Source of the DNA: an uncultured bacterium
Lineage (GTDB): Bacteria; Babelota; Babeliae; Babelales; Babelaceae
Direction of reading: 5' to 3'
Assembly (NCBI GenBank): GCA_963819815.1
Contig: CAWFXL010000001.1
Span: 64,001 to 128,000, forward strand
DNA length: 64,000 nt
The notes beneath the pieces were generated by a model, which saw only the letters and a list, made by a program, of their open reading frames with translations, did no database searches and was not told the DNA's origin. The position numbers and the translations under genes were made by a program. Of the stretch, positions 57,910 to 64,000 are shown piece after piece. How positions within the stretch are numbered: position 1 is the first letter of the stretch; the number at the start of each line of letters is the position of its first letter.

Positions 57910-58590
57910 TCAGGTAGCTGTCGCTGCCGGTACCGTCGTGCTACTGAGGGCGCAGTTACAATACTTATTAAAAATATAGGCTTTCAGCGCATTGCTCATG
58001 CCTTGAGGAAAGGGAAATTGAATTGTGAATGTAACATTGGATTGATTTATCCTTGCAAAAAGTCCTGGCACTATATTTGGAAAGGCAGAGAAAGTCTGTG
58101 AAAATGGTGCTTTTGATTTTGTAATTTCAACAACATCTTCTTCAAATCCGACAGCAAAATTAATAGGAAAAGAAGGATTTACGGCACTTAAGGTTATGCA
58201 TCCTGAGCCATTACCTAAGGGTAATGAATCGATCGAAAAAATTAGTGGTATAAAAGGAGCACTGTTATTGGTAAGAACGTATGTGACCGTGTTATTTGCG
58301 GTGTCTGTTATCACTAAATTAATTCCATGCGCTAATTGAGAAATGAGGACGTTATTAAATTGTGCTACTTGTGTTGTCTCAGGATTGAAACCGTCTATTT
58401 GTAAATCATAGGTATATGATCCGTCAGCTGTAGGCTGGCCTCCCGATCCAGTTATTGTAAGATTTACTCCATCAGCAGCTATTGGGCTATTCGGAGTGAT
58501 TGTAATGTTGGAGATAAATAATGGTTGCGGGCCTACCTCAGCAGCGAGGATAATTGACCAGGAGAGCAGCGTGAGCAAAAGTTTCTTCAT
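57910..58590 (-). CDS. Secreted beta-rich protein with conserved C-terminal SNALKAYIFNKYCxC tail (paralog 2; start re-assigned to MKKLLL)
   Basis: AAGGA SD, signal peptide, homology to 52362..53105. Confidence 0.8.
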   Translation of the reverse strand: MKKLLLTLLSWSIILAAEVGPQPLFISNITITPNSPIAADGVNLTITGSGGQPTADGSYTYDLQIDGFNPETTQVAQFNNVLISQLAHGINLVITDTANNTVTYVLTNNSAPFIPLIFSIDSLPLGNGSGCITLSAVNPSFPINFAVGFEEDVVEITKSKAPFSQTFSAFPNIVPGLFARINQSNVTFTIQFPFPQGMSNALKAYIFNKYCNCALSSTTVPAATAT

Positions 58591-59037
58591 AGTAGTTCCT
58601 TTTTCTTTGAAGAGCATTAATCGACGCATATGGTAATGCATATCACATGCGTTTTAACTACAATACCATAGTTATTTTTATGAATGCAATGATTTTATCT
58701 TCTTCTAATACCACTAGTAACTGCAAGGTTATCGTCTAACATACTGATAAAAATTTAGTTGTACGTGCTGTAAAATAGTGGTTGTGAATGACCACTTACG
58801 ACGTCACCCAAAATGCTGTTGCTTAAAAAGTCTCATGGTATGCAAAAAGGCACCAAACTGTTGGCTTCTGCTTATAAATATGATAGGTTCAACTGAAACT
58901 CTGCAATGATGTGCGCAGGAGCTTGAAAAAGAAGAATCTCAATAAGCTGATTGTACCGCATTGGACAATATAAAGGGACTATGGTATACTGGGCTTCAAA
59001 AGGCTATTAACTTATTTAAGGATGACATAGGGTTCTC

Positions 59038-60864
59038 ATGAAAAAAATCAATATTAAACATTTTCGAGGTGGGCCAGGCAACGTGCTTCTGGTAATCGTA
59101 TTCCTTGCGTTGACGCTGCTCGCCGTATTAAAGCTTGCTGACTTTAGTCAACGGACAGAGCATATAAGCTATACAACCTTTATGAAGAAGCTTGAGAGCA
59201 ATCAAGTGTCAAAGGTAGAGGTGACCGGTTCTGAAGTGCGTGGAGTATATCGAGATGGACGAACTCATTTTGAAACAGTGGTGCCAAATACCCCTAAACT
59301 ATGGGAAATGCTCAAAGAATATAATGTAGAGACAAATATTGCAGGGAGTGTAGGGGCATTTGGCTTCTGGCAGCTCCTGTATTTATTGCCTTTACTCTTA
59401 ACTCTTGGTGCTGTTTGGTATTTCTTCCGCCAGTCGCGCAATAATAGCGGCAGTGGTGGTGGGAATATCTTTAGCATGAGTAAAAGTAAGGCAAAGATGT
59501 TTATGCCTTCCCAAATAAAGGTAAACTTCGATTCGGTCGCAGGTGCCGTGGAGGCTAAGGAAGAACTGGTTGATATAATCGACTTCTTGCGTAACCCCGA
59601 TAAGTTTAAGCGACTAGGAGCTAAGTTAACGCGTGGAGTTCTTCTTGTAGGAGAACCAGGTAACGGGAAAACGTTACTTGCAAAAGCGGTAGCTGGAGAA
59701 GCAAGTTGTCCTTTCTTTAGTGTGAGTGGTTCTGACTTTATTGAAGTATTTGTAGGTGTGGGCGCAGCTCGTGTGCGCGACCTATTTGCACAGGCACGTC
59801 GCCATGCACCGAGTATCGTCTTCATTGACGAGATTGACGCAGTCGGGCGCCAAAGGGGCGCAGGGCTTGGCGGAGGTCATGATGAACGTGAACAGACCTT
59901 GAACCAGCTTCTCATCGAGATGGATGGCTTTGAGTCAGGCAATTCACCAGTAGTTGTTATGGCTGCGACCAATAGGCCGGATGTGCTTGATAAAGCACTT
60001 TTACGTGCTGGGCGTATCGATAGGCGTGTGCATGTGCCATTTCCAGATATTAAAAGCCGTGAGGCTATATTGAAGGTTCATGCTGAGCATGTACCGATGG
60101 ATGGACTGGTGAACTTAGGCAAGATAGCTCGAGGAACTCCTGGGTTTACGGGAGCTGATCTTGCGAATCTTATCAATGAGGCAGCAATTAATGCATCGAA
60201 ACTTAATAAAAACTCAGTAACGGTAGATGATTTTGAAGAGGCGCGTGATAAGATTATTCTTGGTAAAGAGATGAAAACTATGGTTCTTACTGATGAAGAG
60301 CGCGAAGTGACAGCATATCACGAAGCGGGACATGCATTGGTGACGCTTTTAACGCCACAAGAGACTGATCCTCTTCATAAAGTAACGATTATGCCTCGAG
60401 CCAAAGCGTTGGGTGTGACCTGGTCATTGCCTGAACGTGATAAGCATACGATCAGTAAGGATGAGATGACAGCGCGTATTATGGTTGCCCTCGGAGGCCG
60501 TGCAGCTGAAGAGCTTGTCTTTAATAGGCTTGAGTCAGGAGCTCATAGTGACTTTGCGACAGCTACGCAGGTAGCTCGAGCGATGGTATGTTCGTATGGT
60601 ATGTCTCAAAAGCTTGGGCCACTCGTGTATGAACAGAATAGCCTTGGTGAAAACAACTACTCTGAAGAAACTGCACGAACAATTGACGAAGAGATGAGAT
60701 CGATACTGGATACTTGTTATAAGCATGTGTATAAGCTGCTTTCAGATAACCGAGATAAGCTTGAAAAGCTTGCTAAGGCATTAATAGACAATGAAACCAT
60801 GTATGCAGGTGAAATCTATGAGCTTCTGGGGATAACATCCCGTGAAGAGCATCTATTTCATTAA
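59038..60864 (+). CDS. ftsH: ATP-dependent zinc metalloprotease FtsH
   Basis: [24 protein letters not shown]. Confidence 0.98.
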   Translation: MKKINIKHFRGGPGNVLLVIVFLALTLLAVLKLADFSQRTEHISYTTFMKKLESNQVSKVEVTGSEVRGVYRDGRTHFETVVPNTPKLWEMLKEYNVETNIAGSVGAFGFWQLLYLLPLLLTLGAVWYFFRQSRNNSGSGGGNIFSMSKSKAKMFMPSQIKVNFDSVAGAVEAKEELVDIIDFLRNPDKFKRLGAKLTRGVLLVGEPGNGKTLLAKAVAGEASCPFFSVSGSDFIEVFVGVGAARVRDLFAQARRHAPSIVFIDEIDAVGRQRGAGLGGGHDEREQTLNQLLIEMDGFESGNSPVVVMAATNRPDVLDKALLRAGRIDRRVHVPFPDIKSREAILKVHAEHVPMDGLVNLGKIARGTPGFTGADLANLINEAAINASKLNKNSVTVDDFEEARDKIILGKEMKTMVLTDEEREVTAYHEAGHALVTLLTPQETDPLHKVTIMPRAKALGVTWSLPERDKHTISKDEMTARIMVALGGRAAEELVFNRLESGAHSDFATATQVARAMVCSYGMSQKLGPLVYEQNSLGENNYSEETARTIDEEMRSILDTCYKHVYKLLSDNRDKLEKLAKALIDNETMYAGEIYELLGITSREEHLFH

Positions 60865-60930
60865 TAAGATTGAAAAAAGACGAGCTTCTTGTACACTAGG
60901 GGATAGAGAAGCTTTTAAGAAAGGTATAAT

Positions 60931-61134
60931 ATGGCACGCATATGTGGGATATGTGGTAAGAAACCACAGGTAGCAAATATCGTTAGTCACGCAAATAATA
61001 GAACGAAGAAATGGGTATATCCCAACGTCCAGAAGCTCCGCTATACGGTAGTAGGCTGTTCTGATGGCAAAGTGCATGCTGGAAAAGTATGTACCAAATG
61101 TATGAAAGCACAAAAGATCGTAAAAGTTATTTAA
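60931..61134 (+). CDS. rpmB: 50S ribosomal protein L28 (Cys-containing form)
   Basis: MARICGICGK...VSHANNRTK...PNVQ...CTKC. Confidence 0.95.
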   Translation: MARICGICGKKPQVANIVSHANNRTKKWVYPNVQKLRYTVVGCSDGKVHAGKVCTKCMKAQKIVKVI

Positions 61135-61152
61135 CGTAGGTGAGACTCAGGT

Positions 61153-61431
61153 ATGGCAAATACTTCGTCTGCAAAAAAAGCAGCTCGGCAAAATGAGAAA
61201 CGTCGTTTTAAAAATATGGCTCGTAAATCAGCCATTAAAACGGCAATAAAAAAGGTTCAGGTACTGGTTGAAGCATCCTCATTTGATGCGGAAGCTGCAG
61301 ACCTTTTAGTTCGTGATGTAGCTGCAAAGCTCGGCCGCGCAAAAGGGAAGCATGTATTTCATGCAAATACCGCATCTCGTAAGTTGAGTAGACTTGCCAA
61401 GAAGGTACACAAACGCGCTCAAGCAGCGTAA
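61153..61431 (+). CDS. rpsT: 30S ribosomal protein S20
   Basis: MANTSSAKKAARQ...HANTASRKLSRL. Confidence 0.96.
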   Translation: MANTSSAKKAARQNEKRRFKNMARKSAIKTAIKKVQVLVEASSFDAEAADLLVRDVAAKLGRAKGKHVFHANTASRKLSRLAKKVHKRAQAA

Positions 61432-61448
61432 TTCCTACGTAGATGATT

Positions 61449-61480
61449 AAAAAGCTCCATGTTAAGTGGGGCTTTTTTTT
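61449..61480 (+). terminator. Terminator after rpmB-rpsT
   Basis: AAAAAGCTCCA...TGGGGCTTTTTTTT. Confidence 0.8.
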
Positions 61481-61673
61481 AGTGCCTTGCGATGCGAATT
61501 TAGCTACCTCAGCCATGAGAGGGATAGAGAGATTTTTTAATTAGAATGGCCCTATGTTTGCCGAGCAGTCCTTGTTATATACCTCAGTGTTTACAAAGCC
61601 TAGCCGTAACGTATAATAAAAGATCCCCGAGCACGCTCAGGGATCTTAGTTTCGTGTTTAGGTAGAAGTCTTT

Positions 61674-63020
61674 TTAGCCACTATGGCCTACCAGCATTGC
61701 ATTGGCGGCTATGCCTGCACCAATACCAGCTGCCCAACAAAGAGCCTGTTTCAGTTCAAATGACCTTTCTGGATTTGCTTTCTTGACCAGAGTATATGCC
61801 CCTAGGCCAGCTGCGCTATATACGAGCCATGTAGACTTAGGAGTAAAACGATCAGGTTTATTATAATCTCGACCTACTAAAAGTCCTACACAAAGACCTC
61901 CAAGAAAATCACCAGTAGACCCTTTAAGAAATTCAGGAGCTGTCTCTTCTTCAGTGGTTTCATGAAAGTGAGGGACCTTAGAGTTAGAATGACGGCTTGG
62001 AAGACGGTGAGCCCGTTTCATACAGGCGAGCTCTTCTCGTTTGCCCGTATTAATGACCACTACCTGCCAATCTCGTGGATCAAGATGTTTTGGTAGCAGC
62101 TTATTTAGTTGTGCATCCTCTTTGGTGAGATCCTTGATAGGGTACAAGTCTGGTAGCACACGCAGATTGCCTTGCTTTAAACCAAACTTTTTACGGAATT
62201 CATCAGGGGTCATGCCATCGATGGTGTCATCCTCATCATCAGGTATATCAAAAGTTACATTCTTTTTTGGCTTAGAAGCGACTTTTGCAGTGGCTGGCAC
62301 TCTAAGGTCTACCGGAATATGTTCTTGAAGCAGGTCTGCTGCAGAGCGTATTTTTTGAAGACTCGTGGATTCTTTTTTAGTAGGGGCTCTCTGTAAGTAT
62401 TTCAGTATAACCTGATCGTTTCCATCCTTTTGGAGGGGATCTATAATCTTCATCGGTTTTCTACAGGTAGGGCATTGATGCTTGCTTCGGGCTGCTTTTA
62501 GAGCTTCTTCCAGAGACAGGTTATGCCCGCACCCTAACTCAATAATAATATGACCTTTATCTACCTCTTGTTGAGACGCAGAACATTTTCGAAGTACCGT
62601 ATCAGGAGCTGGCTTAGTTGAAGGCGTATGTCTCATTAAATACGCGTGTAGCTTGTTTTGTTCTTGAGCGTTGAGCGGCTTTTGACGATGGTGTACATAC
62701 GCATAGCTATTTTTAGTGATCCGAGGATCATGTACCTTATAGGTGCTACGGCAGGTTGGACATGCCCTATCCATTGGATTCGCACGATCCATTGCGATTA
62801 AACAATCTAAGCAATAATGATGGTTAACTTTTTGCTGGCAATCGAACTGAATAACGATACTGTCAGGTGTATAAGCGGTCATGCAAATGGGACAGCCTGT
62901 TCCCTCATCCTCTTCTTCTACTTCATGAGTATGAGCTCTCGGTCCTGTGGCCCAGAGACTTGGGGTAATACTGCCAAAAAGCACTGCTACACCGAGCAGG
63001 GTAATAAGTAATTTCTTCAT
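61674..63020 (-). CDS. Secreted RING-finger protein (one intact and one degenerate RING) with C-terminal hydrophobic helices
   Basis: CPIC...C...HHYCLDC...CPTCR; second unit CSAS...CGH...CPTCR; signal peptide MKKLLITLLG. Confidence 0.85.
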   Translation of the reverse strand: MKKLLITLLGVAVLFGSITPSLWATGPRAHTHEVEEEDEGTGCPICMTAYTPDSIVIQFDCQQKVNHHYCLDCLIAMDRANPMDRACPTCRSTYKVHDPRITKNSYAYVHHRQKPLNAQEQNKLHAYLMRHTPSTKPAPDTVLRKCSASQQEVDKGHIIIELGCGHNLSLEEALKAARSKHQCPTCRKPMKIIDPLQKDGNDQVILKYLQRAPTKKESTSLQKIRSAADLLQEHIPVDLRVPATAKVASKPKKNVTFDIPDDEDDTIDGMTPDEFRKKFGLKQGNLRVLPDLYPIKDLTKEDAQLNKLLPKHLDPRDWQVVVINTGKREELACMKRAHRLPSRHSNSKVPHFHETTEEETAPEFLKGSTGDFLGGLCVGLLVGRDYNKPDRFTPKSTWLVYSAAGLGAYTLVKKANPERSFELKQALCWAAGIGAGIAANAMLVGHSG

Positions 63021-63109
63021 AGTAAACTTCCACATTTTAGATTTTCTTATATGTTTATATAAGTAGTATAGCCTAAAATGAATAAAACCTTAAGTGGGTA
63101 GAAAAAAGC

Positions 63110-64000
63110 TTATTCTGAAGCTGTTTTGGACTGCTTATCTACGGCTTGGGCGTATCTTACAAGGAACTGGTAGGCAACACGAATCGCGTGACTAGATGAG
63201 CCTGCATGCTCTATAAGGATAATGAGGACACGGGGCTTTTCATGCTTGTACTGTACATGCGCTGCAAAATATCCATGTGGCATATCTTGCTTTCGTATTG
63301 GCTGAGCATGACGTGCTCTAACCTGGGCAGTGCCTGACTTTCCCTTGAGCTTAAAGCCTTTTAGAGAGCCAAGCATAGAACCGGTACCTTGAGTAATTAC
63401 TCCCTGTAGGCACTCTTGAATGTAGGAAAGTGTAGAAGGTCTTATGGATACGAGTTCATGAACAATGGGCTCATCGGTGAGTATCCGGGGTCTTACTCGA
63501 TAGCCGGTGCATACTGCCGACAGTAGACAGGCTATCTGTAAAGGGGTTACAAGAAGGGAGCTCTGTCCAATGGCAGCTGAAAGGGTTTCTCCAGGCCACC
63601 ACGGCTCATTTTTTACTCTTCTTTTCCATTGGGAGGTTGGAATGAGCCCCTGCTGTTCTGGGAATAATATTCCTGTCTTGTTTCCGAGTCCAAGATCTTG
63701 TGCGTACCAGGCAAGAGTGTCTATTGAAAGACGTTTTCCTATCTCATAAAAGGGTTGATTGCAGGAAAAAGCGAAGGCCTGTTTGGTTGTAAGGGCACCA
63801 TGTACGGCATCATTGTTGCAATGGTAGTGTCTTCCTTTGAAATCAGTATAGCCCCGACAGTTCCAATGAGTATGAGGGGTGACAACGCCTGTTTCAAGCC
63901 CAGCCGCGAGGCTTACCAGCTTAAAAAGGGACGCAGGAGGGTAACATGCGCTGAAGGCCCGATTCATGAAGCCTTTTTTCTCCTGCAGAAGGCTCCACTG
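63110..64000 (-). CDS. mrdA: Class B penicillin-binding protein 2, transpeptidase domain; 5' end outside the window
   Basis: SLFK (SxxK), SCN (SxN), KSGTAQ, AIGQ. Confidence 0.9.
   Translation of the reverse strand, partial: QWSLLQEKKGFMNRAFSACYPPASLFKLVSLAAGLETGVVTPHTHWNCRGYTDFKGRHYHCNNDAVHGALTTKQAFAFSCNQPFYEIGKRLSIDTLAWYAQDLGLGNKTGILFPEQQGLIPTSQWKRRVKNEPWWPGETLSAAIGQSSLLVTPLQIACLLSAVCTGYRVRPRILTDEPIVHELVSIRPSTLSYIQECLQGVITQGTGSMLGSLKGFKLKGKSGTAQVRARHAQPIRKQDMPHGYFAAHVQYKHEKPRVLIILIEHAGSSSHAIRVAYQFLVRYAQAVDKQSKTASE

Noticed and set aside
59265..59825. 186-aa antisense ORF within ftsH, and similar shadow ORFs over lon, pyrH, ktrB and tolB
   Set aside because: These are antisense or alternate-frame shadows of well-supported conserved genes.

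Overview
AT-rich bacterial chromosome segment with no rRNA, CRISPR array, transposase or integrase. Tandem nucleotide (ATP/ADP) translocases and many signal-peptide-bearing eukaryote-like proteins (ankyrin, WD40, TPR-like, RING) point to an intracellular parasite of protists, most likely Candidatus Dependentiae/Babelota (TM6). This assignment is an inference. The housekeeping backbone comprises galU, pheS, rpmH-rnpA-yidD, trxB, tig, tsf-pyrH-frr, rplU, ktrAB, lon, rpsB, dnaX-der-hpf, dsbD, cca, tolQRAB, ftsH, rpmB, rpsT and mrdA, plus 4 tRNAs, SRP RNA and an S2-type rpsB leader. Its operons are heavily fragmented and interspersed with candidate effectors. Main highlights: (1) two tandem secreted proteins built from near-identical 39/40-aa helical repeats with a discrete variable loop; (2) two stand-alone ATPase-wHTH-PD(D/E)XK genes, each with its own inverted-box array, one a strictly phased 50-bp array and one inside a ~210-bp direct repeat flanking the gene; (3) an unannotated 59-aa, 10-Cys secreted peptide beside a 20-Cys protein; (4) a recurrent Met directly after the predicted signal peptide of effector-like proteins; (5) host-ubiquitin and prenylation mimics (Skp1-like+WD40, double RING, UIM, CaaX); (6) a conserved C-terminal NKYCxC tail on two paralogous secreted proteins. 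All calls come from reading the sequence; no searches were run.
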